Source: Lama guanicoe (lineage: Eukaryota). From it: a stretch of DNA of 64,000 bases. The notes below the pieces were generated by a model. The model saw only the letters and a program-made list of their open reading frames with translations. It did no database searches and was not told where the DNA came from. Within the stretch, counting starts at the first letter, position 1. Each line of letters opens with the position of its first letter. Below are positions 24,831 to 38,859 of the stretch, in pieces. The translations under genes and the position numbers were made by a program. The stretch is from NCBI GenBank assembly GCA_013239625.1, contig MU054117.1, positions 1,858,011 through 1,922,010 of the forward strand, in the 5' to 3' direction.

Positions 24831-27800
24831 CACGTCAGACTCAGAGGGGCTCAGACACAGTGAGCGTCCCCTGCAACGTCTCAGTCTGGGGTTCTGGACT
24901 CAGGACTCAGAAGATGTGAGTCCTGGCAAGTGGCCCGGAGCCGGCTCTCTCCTGACCATGCAGAAAAGCAAGCGTCGTGGCCCCAGCAGCCCAGCGGTGG
25001 GGTAACAGGCGGCACTGCCTCTCTGTTGCCAGGGATTGCCCTCTGCACCTCTGGGTCCTCCCGTTAACAGTCACTGAGCGCAGGTACCGAGCAGGGCTTC
25101 ACGTTTCCTCTTACCCCGCTTTTCCTCTGTGATCCCCGCCCCACGCTGCCTGGGCCCTGCTCAGCCTCCCGGGGGAACGAGGAGGTAGGGATCGTGCTGA
25201 CTGAACTGCTATGCTGACGCCTGTCCCCTGCCCTCGGGTGGGTGAGCTGCTCCTGCTCCTGGCCAGGCCTCTCCTCCCAGCGTGCCAGCCGCCAGGGCCT
25301 GCTCCCCCGTAACAGGTGTCACATCTGTGCCAGGAGACAGACACCCCGATCTCAGGTGACAGACGAAGCACCGCCAGGGGTCTCACATTCCGCCCTCACA
25401 AGGCCGGGCTATCAAGTTCACCAGCGGCCGGAGCTCTGCCAACACCCCTCCTCGCGCGGTGCGGGCTCCTCAAGGGCCCGGGGTGGTCTAGTTGGCTGTT
25501 CGGTGAAAATACGCAGAGATCCCTTGGTGCTTTTTCTCAAAAATTCTCACCTATGTCACTGCCTCCTCCCCACCTCCCTGTGAACTACTGTCATCTTTAG
25601 AGATGAAGCAACAGAGAAGTGAGGCCACCAGCCTAAGGTCACACAGGGAGCGAGGCAGTCCACGGAGAGGACTTAGTGCCCGGAACACGGTGAGGAACTC
25701 ACACGCCGAGCCGACGACTTCACGATTAGCCACAGCGGTGCAGATCCGAAACCTGCATTTGTGTCTCCCGATCTCTCATCCGAGTTTCCTGCTATGTCAC
25801 GTGGTCCATGGGGACAGTCACATGAGGGGACAGTCACACGGGGGAGAAAGGAAGCCCTGGTTGCTCAGATTTTTGGACAGATTTGAAGGTACAGCGGATG
25901 GACTGGACGGGGGAGAGGATGATTCATTCAAGGATCCAGATTCATTCCTGATTCAGTTTTGATTCTGGAGTGGCTGGAAGACTTCTGACCCTGCAGTCGG
26001 AAGGCTGGGGCTGCTGTCACCAGGATGAGGAGGGTGGGTATCGGGGGAGAGGTGCAGCTGAGGGAGATGCCTGAAAGGGAAGTGGAGGCGTGGGGCAGGG
26101 GGGCGGGTGGCATCTGGCAGGCGGGCCGTGGACGCTCCATCTGCAGCCTTGGGCAGGGCTCCACTGGAAGGGCTGCACCTTCCCTGAGCTTCAACACAAT
26201 GTGCAGGATGGGAAGGCCTGAGTCCTCGAGGGAAGGTGGGGTTGAAGGAGGAGCCGGGCAGGGGGCGCACTGGTCCCACAGGCTCCGAGGATATAAAGGA
26301 CCCAAAGATCCAGGGTGAATGCAGACGGTTCGCTGAGCAGCCCAGTGTCTGCAGAGGGAAAAGGTGATGAACCCAGAGGAGCTGGACAGAGATGGGCCCC
26401 TGCTCCACCAGAGGACAGTGAGCTGTCCAGGGGACAGGAGGCCATGGCACCCGGGCACGGTCCCAGCACTGCGTCTGGGGACGAGACGCAAGGCTGGGGC
26501 TGACCTTGGAGTGCACCTGAGGGCCGGTCACATGGCCGCCACAGAGCAAAGCTGCTGTGGCCAGACGCCAGCAGGGCCTGGACGCCACCAGGAACCTGAG
26601 GTGACGCAGACAGGCAGGGATGAGGCCAGGGGCTGGCACCTGGGATGGAGTCTCTAAGGCAAACCCAAATCTCTGACGGCAAAGACATGGCCTTTCTCTT
26701 CCAGCCGTGACACCCCAGGGAACCTGATGCAAGAGGAACTGTTATCAGCGTAACCTTGACACTTGACATTTGTGCGTCAGGCATACATACGTGTATTTAT
26801 AGCAAATGAAATACAGATGACTTTCAGCACAACAATCCTACAGGAAAACAAGGCTTAGAGGGTCAAAATCTCACTGAAAGTCACAGAGAGGGCACCTGAC
26901 AGAGGCCAGGATGTGAACCCAGTGTCCTCAGTTCCATTCTTGTCTATTGAATATACTCAGTGTTCTACTGAGGATCTGGCCCGCCTCTGCCGCCAGCACC
27001 GCAGCACCAGGTGCCAGGTGCTCACTGGTCACCGGCCTGCGCCTCCCTCCCCAGGTGCCTCCTGCTCACCCTCCCACCCACATACCCCACCGGTTATTTC
27101 CTTCCCCCCCTAATTTGGCCAGTAACCTCTCCACATAAGCCAAAGAAAGGCAAAAGGGAGTGTGGAGACACAAATATCCCAGAACAGCTGGAAAACCGGG
27201 CAGAAAGCGTCTGTGTGTAGGCCTGCTACCTCCTCCTGGTCTCTGCCTCTTCCTCTCAACAGGAGGGCAGAGCAAGGGGCTGCGGGTCGCTGAGCAGGGC
27301 CGGCCCAGAGCGGGTCTGAGCGAGGGTTCAGCCTCCCCTCCCTCCTACCTTGGCACAGGTGTGTGGGTGGGGGCGAGGGCGGCTCAGGTAGGAGACAGGT
27401 GGGGCCCCGAGGTCTCCCCAGCCCCTCTGCGAACTGATGAGCAGAGAGACACGGGAAGGGCCCCCTTTTTCCCACTCCGCCCCCGAGATGCTCGGCTCAG
27501 AGCAGAACCAGACGAGCAGCCGGCTGCTCCCGGCTCCCAGCTCCCGGCCAGGTCCCACCCGAGCTGCGGTGAGGGTTGTGGCTGCCGGCAGGCCGAGGCT
27601 TGCCAGTGATACGCAAGGGACTGTACCCACCGCCCTGCGGGTGCCGCCCAAATGGGGCCCGAAAGGGGGCATCAGAGCTGTGCCAGGCCCTCCAGCCCTG
27701 CTGCCCACACGTCCTGCTCACCCAGACGTCCACAGCCAAGGATAAGACCTTAAGGGGGTGGACGGAGCAAGGAGATGGGGAGTGGGGCAGGCCCCTTTCT

Positions 27801-29339
27801 TTTCTGCAGCCACTGCTCCTGGAGTGCCCAGCCCGGGAACTTTCCACTCCCCGAGCCGCAGTGGTCCCAGAAGCATCCGCAGCGGTCCCAGAAGGTCTGG
27901 CCAGGCCCCAGGACACCTCCAGGGCACCGCCATCATCACCATCACCATGACAAAGAACAAAACAAAACCCACAACGTTTAAAGCCCCACGCGCCAGCAAC
28001 AGGACAATCACAGCCACAAACACAGCTCTGTCCCAGGGCAATTCTGACCGGAGACCCTTGATGAAATGCCATGGTTTCAGGAAAATCTAGAGGTAATTGG
28101 GCCCAGGATCTCTAAAACTGGCCACGCCCACAGAAGGGGTGCTTTAATCCCCGAGTGGACTTAGACGAGGACCCTTAGGCCAGACTGTCCTGTCCAGTTG
28201 TCCCTCTGGCCCGGGACACGGACAAGTGTCTGAACGAGAAGCAACAGTGGGCCCATCCTTTCCCCCTGGCATCTTTCATAGAGAGTTTAGTGGTGGTCAA
28301 GGGTGAGCTATTGGCAGGCTGGGAAGAGTGACTACGGGAATCAATGAACTGACCAATCCCCATGCATTTAGCGAGCGCCTGTTGCATACTGCAAGCTCTG
28401 CTAATGGATGTGATGGATGGAAAGGTACAAATAGAGACGCTCAGCTCCATCCACTCCCAGTGCCCTTGGGGCAGATGTCATGGCAAACGGAAGGACTGAA
28501 GTGTCTGTGGCCCCATGCACTTGCTCTGGACTCGCACCATGCCCCACGTAGGGCGTGCACAGGCCAGCCCTGCTTTAGGGAACCGGCTAGCGCACGTCAG
28601 GCAGCCGGGCTAACCGGACACGGACAGTGTGACGCTGTGATGATTCCTCCTGACATCCTTGCGGGAACCTCAGTTGAAGTGCTCTGCAAACGTCTCCGGG
28701 ATCCCAGAGCTCAAGAGAAGCAACACAGACAGGAGGAGACCCTGGTCCTGGAGTCGTGCCAGTGGGAGGGTCACCAGGCCCCACCTGAAGACCTGACGCT
28801 GCCCATGGAAGCTCGGAGGGTTTGCAGCCACAGCGGACAACGGCCAAGCAGCAGGCGAAAGCTGACACCCTTTCTCCCCTTCTTTTCAGGTGGAAGGAGG
28901 GAGCAGGGGAGGCCGGAGACCCCAGAACTCCCTCCCGACAGGGTGGGGGTGGTGGGGGTGGGGCGCTTCTGGGGTTATAGTTCTTGGAAGACCTTCCGGG
29001 ACAGAGGTGCTACAGAAAGACAGAGTGTGAACCAGGGGGAAAAACCGAACCCTGGAAACAAGACTGGAGGCGGGGAGAGGGGTCCAGGGAACGCGGCTTA
29101 AGAAGAGAGAGCATCGTCAGCCACTGAGAGACTCGGGACGGGGCGTGGGGAATGGGAGACGGACGCTCATCACGGAGACTGGGGGTGACCGCAGCCAAGT
29201 GCCAGGGAGGGGAATGGCGCTGTTTACAGAGCCCTCCTCCGTCCGTGCCCCGGCCCAGCGCACTGCAGGCTCGTCCTTGCGCGGGTGACAGGACGACCAC
29301 AACAGCCAACACCCGTGCACCTGTCCAGGGCCATCAGTG

Positions 29340-29480
29340 CCACACACGTGACAGGCACTGTAGCCTCTAGTCTGCATGGTAATCCTTCCAGGGAGGTGTT
29401 AATATGATTCCCATTTTACAGGTGAGAAAACTGAGGCCCTGGGCAGTCAGGGTACAATCTGCCCCAGACCTCAAAGTCTT
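29340..29480 (-). mobile_element. MIR fragment
   Basis: cccattttacaggtgagaaaactgaggc. Confidence 0.7.
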
Positions 29481-30359
29481 TAGAAAACATCTGGGATTTT
29501 CAAATCCAGGGCAGCTGATTCATTAAAAAAAATGTGTATTTCTTAGCAAGTTGCTTATACAGACTCTCTTGTTTGCTGAGTGGAAAACACAATGGAAGCC
29601 AAAGGAGGTAGGAAGGGAGGAGCCCCGAGGCCAAGAAAGTTTTCTGGAGCCTCACTGGGACCAGGTTTGGGACCAGGAGCCGCCGCCTCCCAGGCCTCTC
29701 TCCCCTGAGGTTTCCTCTTAGAACAATGAACCCTTTCAAGCCTCCAGTTGAACCTCCTCTCTTCGACATCAGCCTTGCGGACAAGGAAGACGCGTGGTCT
29801 GACCTGAGGGCTGCGGCTGCGAGTCTGTGAGGTCTGACGGAGGAGACCTGCCAAAGACGAGCCGAGGTTGTCGGGACGTGTTCTGGGAAGGAGGGTGACG
29901 AGTGGGGCGGGGGCACGCGCGGCAGGAGCTCTGGTCTCCAGCAGGAGCTGGGCCCTGCTCTCCTCCGCGCCCCAGGTTCTCACCCTAACGGACACTCACG
30001 GGTGGGACCACGCCAAGCACAGGGGCTGGGGTCGCATGTCAGCCCCCAGCCCTGAGTCCATCCCATCAGTCAGTGCATCCGAGGTGCTCATCAGAGCTCT
30101 CTCCTACATGTTCATCCCAAATCCCATGAGCCACGTCCACTTTGCTGATGGAGACACGGACATCCACAGATGAGTTAACGAACTTGTCTAACGTCAAAGG
30201 GGAGCGGGGTCAAGGCCAGGCTAGAGCCTGTGGCTCCCCTGTGGCTCCTGGACCCCGTCTGGGGCGGGTGTGGAGATTAGCGCCGCGCTGGCAGGAACTG
30301 GGTTGTCACAGCCCCACCGTACAAATCAGCTGGAATTAGAGCCACCACTCAACTTCCCG

Positions 30360-30640
30360 CCTCCGTGAATCTGACTTCTGGATGCTTCATACGAGCAGAG
30401 ACTTTGTGTCTGGCTTCTTGCACTTTGTGTTTTCCAGGTTCATCTGTGGGGTAGCAGGCATCAGAGTTTCCTTCCTTTTTAAGGCTGAACCATATTCCAC
30501 TGTGTGGAGGGACCACATTTTGTTTTTCCATTCATCAGCTAATGGACATTTTGGGTCACGTCTACCCTTGGTCACTGTGAATGATGCCATGACCATGGAG
30601 GTACACATGTCTGTTCAAATCCCTGCTTTCCTTTCTTCTG
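30360..30640 (-). mobile_element. L1M 3' fragment
   Basis: ttccttcctttttaaggctgaaccatattccactg...ccattcatcagctaatggacattt. Confidence 0.8.
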
Positions 30641-32571
30641 GTGGGCAGGGTGCTCTCTCTCCTTTAAACTGCTAAAAGCATCGTCCATTCTTCCAGAGAC
30701 AGGCTGAGGAGCCAGGCTGCCACCTGCGCGGCAGAGACACGGTGGCAACCCTCGTGCTGGACTGAGACAGCAGGGAGTCTGGGGACAGCGGGTGGGCAGG
30801 GTGGAGCCCTCCACAGGGACAGTGGTGTCCTGGTCCACTAGCCCGTGTGGCATTAGTGGTGTCAACACACCCCAGCTTCAGACAGAGGCCAAGTTACCTG
30901 GGCCCCTAGAAACTCCAGCCCAGTGCCAATACCCGTCCACAAACTGTGGGTCACCCGTCCTCGAACAGGCAGGAAGAGAAACTTGGAGGAAGCGCTTGGA
31001 GCCTTTCTGTGCAACCTGACACTCCTGCAGCACTGACACGGGACAGCGCAGTGTGGGCCATTTGGACATCTTGATGGTGAGGCACAGGTGGTGTGAGGCG
31101 CACGCTGATAACGCGTAGTATGACCATGCTGGTGACAGGCTAGGAAACCAAAATCGAAAACTGGAAAAACCGGTCCTTCACTAAAGAGAGTTTGTTCAGT
31201 TAGCATCAGGGGCCTGCCTGCCTGTCTTCCTTCCGAGCTCAGGTGGAGGACAATTTGGGGAAGGATGACAGAGTGGCTCAGAACCAGCCTGTATCACACA
31301 GCCGGGCTCCAGAAAGGCCAAGGCCCAGTGGCTGCTCCAAACACCTGGGTGTCTCTGCTCGGAGTTCAGATTCCCAGGGAAGAGTGGCCTTCACGTCACC
31401 AGGGGTCCCCGTGGCGGTGAGACCCCAGCAGCCCCGCCAGGAGAACAGGTAGAGGAGGGCGCATCTTATCCTGGGGACTTTCTGAATCTTCCACGTCAAG
31501 ACAGCTTAACTCACTATGTGCTTGTTCTCCCGAAAATGCAAGTGGGCCTTGTCGGAGAGCCATTTTCTCTTCTACGCAAAGGCACGTACACTGCAGGTAG
31601 AGCTGAAAGTAGGAGAGACACCGGCACACGGAGTTGGTCCTCGAGGACTTAAAAGACTTCACAGAACATGTGGAAGATGGGAGAGCTGATTACTCAGCAC
31701 ATCCTCAGGAAAAGCAAGTTCCACCCTCACCCAGACAACGTTCAGAACACATCTTTTGGGAAGAGAGGTGAAACCATCAGCTGTCAGAGCCTTTGAAAGT
31801 GATACTCCATCCATTCATTTTAACCTCGGTTACAAAAAAAAAAAGAAAGAAAAGTAAGCGCTGCAGTGGGGAGGCGATTGGGAACCATCCGTGCAGGCCC
31901 CACACTCCGTGTACAGAACACTGAAGGCCTGAAGTCCGAGGTCGCTGTCTGAGGTCACAAAGCGAGTTGGAGGCAGACCCAGGATGAGAACCCAGGTCTC
32001 CTCTCTTCGGGGTCTGGGTCGCCAGTCCAGACCACAGGACTAACCTGCTCGTGTGTCCCCAGTTTGTGGGCCTGTGACATACGTGTGACGCCACAGGATA
32101 TGGAGCAGTGACACAGCACGTGGTGTCTTGGTCTTAGGACTGAGCACGGCCCCTCTCGTGGTCTCAGGCAGCCTGGAGAGCACGTTTCTCTGGGCATTGA
32201 GAGCCTGCCCAGCTGGGTCCGGACTGGTTCTAAATGTAGACGCTGTGACTGTGGAAAGCAAAGCCATGGATCCCGCAGGAGCAGAGGCTGAGTCACATGA
32301 ACCTCTGACCCTCTCCAGCCACGGCTTTAAATACAGAAGATGTTCAATAAACGACTAACGGATTTCACTGAGTCAATCAATTTCATGTGTTGTTTTTACT
32401 ATATTTTGTTCTCTAAGCATCTTTATTCAAAAAAATCTAATCTACGAATCCAGAAATATCCACAAGCATGTTAAATACTCCTTCGCTATGCTATTAACAT
32501 TCGACATGGGAGGAAAGAAAAACACCCTTTTCTCTGGGTTAACAACCACTTTTAAAAATAAATGAATGGGT

Positions 32572-32724
32572 GGGGAGGGTTTAGCTCAGTGATAGAGTGC
32601 GTGCTTAGCATACACGAGGCCCTGGGTTCAACCCCCAGTTCTGCCACTAAAAAATAATTAAATAAATAAACTTAATTACTTCCCACCACCAAAAAGAAAA
32701 AAAAGCTTAAAAACTTTGTTAAAT
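32572..32724 (+). mobile_element. Camelid tRNA-derived SINE (Vic-1 type)
   Basis: ggggagggtttagctcagtgatagagtgcgtgcttagcatacacgaggccctgggttcaaccccc; flanking aaataaatgaa duplication. Confidence 0.9.
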
Positions 32725-32937
32725 AAATAAATGAACGAATGTAAGGATCCTTGAGAACAGGGAGGAATTTAGACTCAGTGGAGAAGGAGTTAAGCAGGAG
32801 AACCAATGGTCGGTTTGGTTAATGTTATTTGATTTCTGCCTTCACAAATAAGGATCCACTCATCGGACTACAGTGTAACTGTTGAAATATCTACGTTAGC
32901 TCCAGAACTGCCGAGCTAAGTGCCATAAGATCATCTC

Positions 32938-33160
32938 GATTTGCAGATACTAACTAGTGTATATAAAACAGATAAACAACAAGGTCCTACTGCACAGCAC
33001 AGGGAACTACATTCAATATCCCATAGTGATCTATAATGAAAAAGAATATGAAAATGAACACATGTATGTGTATGGATGCCTGAAACATGCTGTACACCAG
33101 GAATTGACACAACATTGTAAACTGACTCTACTTCAATAAAAAAAAGTGGGAAAAAAAAAA
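32938..33160 (+). mobile_element. Cetartiodactyl-type L1 3' end with poly(A)
   Basis: aacaacaaggtcctactgcacagcacagggaactac...aaactgactctacttcaataaaaaa. Confidence 0.88.
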
Positions 33161-34039
33161 CTCTACCGGTATGCTCTTTACAAATGCAAGAAAACATTGA
33201 CCTCTAGGACGGCTGATTAAATTATTAGTAAAAGGTTTTTATATCCCAAATGGTCAAAACACCAGCTCTGTATCTACAGAGAAAAGCTATAAATAGAAAA
33301 GCAAAAATCTGATAAAGTCAACTGGTCATTTGACGTGTCAGTGACCATGTTTTCTGAATCCAGAGTCAGGCTATGTGGTCTAACCAAGGCAATAGAATGT
33401 CAGAAACAGTACATCTTTCCTGGAAACCCAGGCCAAAGAGTCACACTGTTTATTTGACACTAAATTATTGGTTTCACAAACCTCTGTTGCCCCTAGCCTC
33501 ACCAAACTGGCTAAATGTGCTGGGGGGATGACAAGACAGGACTGAGCTGCACAACTCTATCTGGCCTATTTATAGCTGGGTCAACAGGATTGATGGCCCA
33601 CGGGGTACAGCAGCTGGAGAGGATGAGCATTCGCTCCTAGACCCTCTACCCCATGCCGTGCCCTTGGCCCCCGCACCCCAGGGACTTCCTCCAGCACTCT
33701 TTCCCGTGAGCCACAGGCCACCCCGGTCCGCCGCCATGCTGGACAGAAGGGACAGCTGGCCCAAGCCATGCCCAGAAGTGGGGGCAGCACAGAATCACTG
33801 CTGGCTCAGATTTATTTAAAAATTCCTCCATGGAGAGGACACGGGGAGAGGGTGTAAAGCTAAGAATGTGAAAGTCACTCACCTGGCAAATCAAAGAAGA
33901 CCTTCAGGGTGAGCGCTCCTAGATCAGCCACGGGCAACAGTAAAGGTGCAGGGAGTCGTTCAACTCTACCCGCTTTTTGCTGAGACTGAGCTAGGAAGCA
34001 CGGTCACTCCACCCAAATCTGTGTGCCTGATTTGTCTTT

Positions 34040-34320
34040 TTTTACTATTGTTTTATTTTGAACCAATTATAGATTCACAGTAAGTTTAAAAAGAGGCACA
34101 AAGAGGTCCCATGTACTCTTCACCCGGTTTCCCCCAATGGTAACGTCTCGGTAACTATAACAGAGCCAGGACGTTGACATTGGCACGATCCACCAGCCTT
34201 ACTCAGATTTTGCCAGTTTCACGTGCACTTGTGTGCGTCTAAAGTTCTGTGCAATTTTATCACGTGTAGATTTGCACATCACCTCCACAATCAAGACCCA
34301 GACCTGCTCCATCACCACAA
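34040..34320 (-). mobile_element. Old L1 (L1MC/MD-like) 3' end
   Basis: ttttattttgaaccaattatagattcacag...tttcccccaatggtaac. Confidence 0.75.
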
Positions 34321-35149
34321 ATACCGATTTGTCTCAAAGCACCTGAGAGAACCAACAAATCAATGAGGTCTGGCGGGAACCAAACAGGAACGCGTAGATT
34401 CCTGCCCAAAATCAGACAAACGACGCCAATCCTTTGCAAAAAAAGGAGAAAGTGAGACAGTGTTGTGGAGGGGCCAGCGCTACAAAAAAAGTTCCAAAGA
34501 CGAGGAGGGGGCGCCTTGTGCCCGCGGAGCCGCGCCGCTCACAGTTGGAGATCTCAGCCTTTCCGTCCCTGCGTCCCTGCGACACTCTTCCACCTGCTCG
34601 GTGCCTAAACGGCTCCTGGAGCGCTCCCCTCCTTGGAGGACTTGTGAAGGCAAGCGAGGCACAGAGAACTTGGATGATTTTTTGCCTTCCTGCACATGAA
34701 CTTTGATATTTAATGACCCGCGCCAGCGTTCGGTACCCTAGTAATGCAGAAGACCTCTGGGAATCTAGTAGCTGGTTAGCGATCCCAGTCTCAGGGGATA
34801 TGCTTTCTGTCTTTCAAAGAGCCTGTTGTGGGCAATTTGAGGGGTAAGATGAAAATATCCCCTCGAGCGGGCTGAGCACCGAGCTGGGTTTCCCCGGAGC
34901 TCGCCGCGCACACAAACAGACGCGGGCTCCTCACAAAGGCTGCATAGTCTTGCTGTTTGTTTTGAGCTGGCTTCTTGGATCAGCTTCTTACAGCTGTGAC
35001 GGCTGCACTAAATGGCTTGTAGTGGGAAGGAAGCTTTAAAAGAGACCTGAGGGATGGACGCAGACGCTGCAGGGCAGTCCGTGAGCTGGATTCACTGAGC
35101 GTCCAGGACGTACATGCAGCCCCTCCGCCCGGCTCTGTGTTCAGAGCCA

Positions 35150-35590
35150 TTTGGGGAGCTGGGAAGATCTGGACTCCAACCCCAGCCCTGCCCCTTCCAG
35201 CTGTGTGACTTTTGGAAAGTTCCTTAACCTCTCAGGGTCTCAGCTGACTCTTCCCCCTCCCCACCATCATTCACTTAGGAAGGTGAATCAGGTCCGTGAG
35301 TGAATTAAACCAACATCTGTCCCTCAGAGAGGGTAGCAGGCGGCTCCCGCAGCGTTCCCGGCACCGGCTGCTGCTTACTGACTGTTTGCCCCGCCAGGCG
35401 TTTGTCATCGGTTAATTTACAACGCTCACTAACCCCATAAGGTAAATATGTCTCTCCCCATTCTCCCAATAAAAAAACTGAGCTTTAAAGAGTTTACACG
35501 GTTTGCTCAAGATCCTGTAAGTGGCCGAACTGGGATTCAAACTAGTCCTGTTTGATTCCAAAGTTCACAGTCGTCCCACCGCCACTGAGT
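35150..35590. mobile_element. Two MIR fragments in opposite orientation (about 35150-35300 +, 35400-35590 -)
   Basis: agctgtgtgacttttggaaagttccttaacctctc; aaaactgagc...gggattcaaac. Confidence 0.65.
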
Positions 35591-36259
35591 CAATCCTTGA
35601 GGAAGCTGAGGCCTGTGTTATGGAGGCCCACGGACGAGAAGGAAATGTGAGAAGTCACAGGCGGTGCCGCTAACACACGGCTGGCTCCATTTCCACGCTC
35701 AGGTCTGAACCCAGCTCTGCTTCACACACGCAGGGTGGGGTCAGTGTGCAACACAGCACCCAGTTAGGCCCCTGGAACTCAGAGAGGAGGATCCTGATGG
35801 TCAGGGAAGACCTCCTGGGGAAGGAGGTCTAGAGCAGGTGTTTGGGGAAGCAGGTGGAGTGGCTGGGCCCAGGAAGGGAAGTGAGCTCTTACAGGGCCCC
35901 CTGGCACGTTCAACCCTCCCCAACCCCCAGCCAGGCACCTGCTTTGGTGCCCTGCCTGGAACACAGAGCTTTTTACTAAAATGAAAGTAGCGCGTGCACA
36001 GCACCCTCCCCGGGTTTCAGAGGACAGAAACTCATGGAGCAGCAGTGGGGATCCCTGTACGCCCACTCCCCTCCCTCCCTCCGGGCCACCGCCCAGCCCT
36101 TCAGCTAATAACGCTCCTCACTGCTCCTACCTTGCAGCCGGATCGTCTGCTCCGGGCTCAGGCTGGGGTCCTCCCCGTCTGCCCTCCCGGGGGCTCTAAC
36201 CTCATCTGCTCCTCGGGAAGACCTCTGCACTTCCCTGCCCACTCCCCGAGACCCACGTT

Positions 36260-37120
36260 TGTATTCCTAGTTCACGTGTCCACTCTTGGCTTGGAGATCT
36301 GCAAGGATGAGTCTGAAACCAAATGCCTGATTTGTCCTGCAAACCAGCTCCTCTCTGCCCTCCCCGTTTTAGAAACGGCAATTCCAGCCTCCGAACTGCC
36401 CAGTCAGAAATCTGTGAATCACTCCTGATTCCCCTTCCCACACCCACCCCGTCAGCTAGTCCTGTCAGCTGTACCTTCAGAAGCCACCAAACCCGCCTTG
36501 TCCCAACTCCCCCACCTCATCCTGCCACCACCTCTCATCTGCTCTGTGCCCCCACCCTCACACCCTACTGTCCAGCAGTCGGAGTGACCCCACTAAGCAC
36601 AAGTCAGGCTGCGGTGACCTCCTGCTTAAAACCCTCCTATGCCTCCCCTGCTCACTCAGAACGTGACCCGAGGTCCTTCGGGCCCTAAGAGTGGGCTTGC
36701 TGGGGGCAGATCCAGTTTACCCTGTTTGTCCCCGCAGCACCTGCTCTCCCCATCCAAAGCATCCCACAGGCGACGCGGTCACCCAGCTGAGGACGCCTTT
36801 TGGATGAAACCCCTGCCCAGCCTCGTCTCCTAACCCTGTGCCATCACCCGCTCCAGCCACGCTGGCTTCCATGCCATCCCCCCCCCCAGGCACACCGTAC
36901 CTCGGGGTCTTTGCACGTCTCATATCTACATGCTGCGTCTTCCCTCAGAGCGCTTCCCTGGGCATCCTATCCACCAGCTGGCTCCGCCCCCAGCCATCAC
37001 CCTCCTACCCTGCCTATTCTTCTTAATAGCACTTATCACCCAACATGATGGGCAGGTGTGTGAAGTCTGCCGTCTCCCACACGTTCTGTTCGTCATGCTC
37101 GGTACACAGTAGGCACCTGC
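36260..37120 (+). mobile_element. L2 LINE 3' portion, highly diverged
   Basis: cctgcttaaaaccct, ctccagccacgctggcttcc, tagcacttatcacc, ggtacacagtaggcac motifs in L2 order. Confidence 0.7.
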
Positions 37121-37179
37121 TGCGTGGGCGACGTCGCCGTCACTCGTATCCATCCAGCTCCACACAAGGGCGAGGAGGA

Positions 37180-37600
37180 GCTCCAGTCAGGTGCTGTGCC
37201 ACGTAGCTATGTGATCTTAGTCCCTAAGCCCTGGTTCCCTTCTCTGAAGGAATGACGTTGGTAGGATTTACCTTATGGGGTTATTGGTTATGAGGATCGA
37301 ATGAGCGTGGCAGACAGTAAGTGACAGAGATGGTAATAGAAACAATAAGAGTTAATACACTCAGCATTTACTCCGTGCCAGGCCGTGTGCTGAACACTTC
37401 ATAAACATGATCTCATCTGATTCTCCAAAAACACCCTTTGAGGTGGGTACAGTCATTATCTCCATTTGACAGATGAGGAAACTGAACTGCAGAGAGATTA
37501 AGAAACTTGCCTAAAGCCACACAGCTGGTAAGTGGCTGAGCCAGGATTTGAACCCGAGGTCTCTGGTCCCAGCATCTGTTCTTACCCACTTTTCTGCTTT
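37180..37600. mobile_element. Tail-to-tail MIR pair (about 37180-37340 +, 37345-37600 -)
   Basis: acagatgaggaaactgaa...ccaggatttgaaccc is a well-preserved MIR. Confidence 0.8.
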
Positions 37601-37661
37601 GCTTACAAACACTTCCTACGTGTGGTTCCTTTTGCTCCCTAAAAATTCCAGGTGTTCATCA

Positions 37662-37918
37662 CAGCCAGACAACCAAGGCGAGCACACAGGTTTGAGCTGT
37701 GGGGGTCCACTTTTGTTCGATTTTTGTCCGTAGTAAATACTGCAGGGCTACATGATCTGCGGTTGGCTGAATCCGTGTACGTGGAAGCCGCGGATGCACG
37801 AAGAAGGAACCACAGGAAGGGGGAGAACAGACACAGAGACCAGCTGTAAGTCACACTCGGATCTTCGACTGTGTGGAGGGTCAGCACCACAGCCCCTGCG
37901 TGGCTCCAGGGTCACCTG
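37662..37918. mobile_element. Tigger2/MER8-family non-autonomous DNA transposon
   Basis: acaggtttgagctgtgggggtccactt...tgcggttggctgaatccg...ttcgactgtgtggagggtc...agggtcacctg; family from recall. Confidence 0.65.
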
Positions 37919-38381
37919 CATGTTTTCCTAAGTGTCTCTGCTCCTTCGATCTCTCCCCACTGTAACCAAAGTTAACGGCCAGGCAAACTTCCACACCTCT
38001 GCACCTGCTCACACACTAATGGAATCTCAGGTTTTTATTTTAAAAGACAGGTAGGTTCCTACTATATGTGTATTACTCTGGAACTTGCATTCCTCACTCA
38101 CATCACGGACACTTCTCTAGGTCAAAACATAATCCATTTTTTAAAAACAGCTGCAGTAATATTTCATATATGGCTACAGCACAGCTTAGCAGGCAGTTTT
38201 CCTACTGACAAGACATTCAGTTATTTCCAAACGATACCCAGCTCGTGTGGCTGCCAGGATTTCTATAGATCAAGAGCCAAAGCAAGACTACGAGGTACAA
38301 CGTATTTTTTAAACTTTAGTAATTGACATATTACTTGCCAAAATGGTTTGAAAACAATCCATGTTGTCACCAGCATTATTT

Positions 38382-38817
38382 TTTCTTAATTGAAGTTTAG
38401 CTGATTTACAATGCTGTGCTGGTTTCTGGTATACAACACAGTGATTCAATCATATGTATGTATACATTCTTCTTCAGATTCTTTTCCATTATAGGTTATT
38501 GTAAGACATTGAATGTAGTTCCCTGTGCTCTACAGTAGGACCTTGCTTATCCAACTTACAACCAGCGGTCTGCATCTGCCAATCTCAAACCCCTAGTTCA
38601 CCCCTCCCCCCTCCCAGCAATCATACGTTTGTTTTCTATGTCTGTCTCTTTCTGTTTTGTAAATAAATTTATTTCTATCTTTTTTTTAGATTCTTGTAAG
38701 TGATATTATATATTCGTCTTTCTCTGGCTTAATTCCCTTAGTGTAATAATTTCTAGGTCCATCCATGTTGCTAAAAATGGCATCACTTCATTCTTTTTTA
38801 TGGCTGAGTAGTATTCC

Positions 38818-38859
<42 letters not shown>

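Noticed and set aside
27856..27894. Two 18-bp direct repeats with period 21, considered as an array or CRISPR-like structure
   Set aside because: Only two units in mammalian intronic DNA; simple local duplication.
27931..27948. catcatcaccatcaccat encoding His6, resembling a vector tag
   Set aside because: No linker, protease site or vector sequence nearby; best explained as a natural (CAY)n microsatellite.
28941..28963. G-quadruplex-like G runs
   Set aside because: Such runs are common across this GC-rich locus and nothing marks this one as functional.
28328..29101. 257-aa + strand ORF (likewise 25953..26732 on the minus strand)
   Set aside because: No domain or exon-like structure recognised; consistent with chance ORFs.
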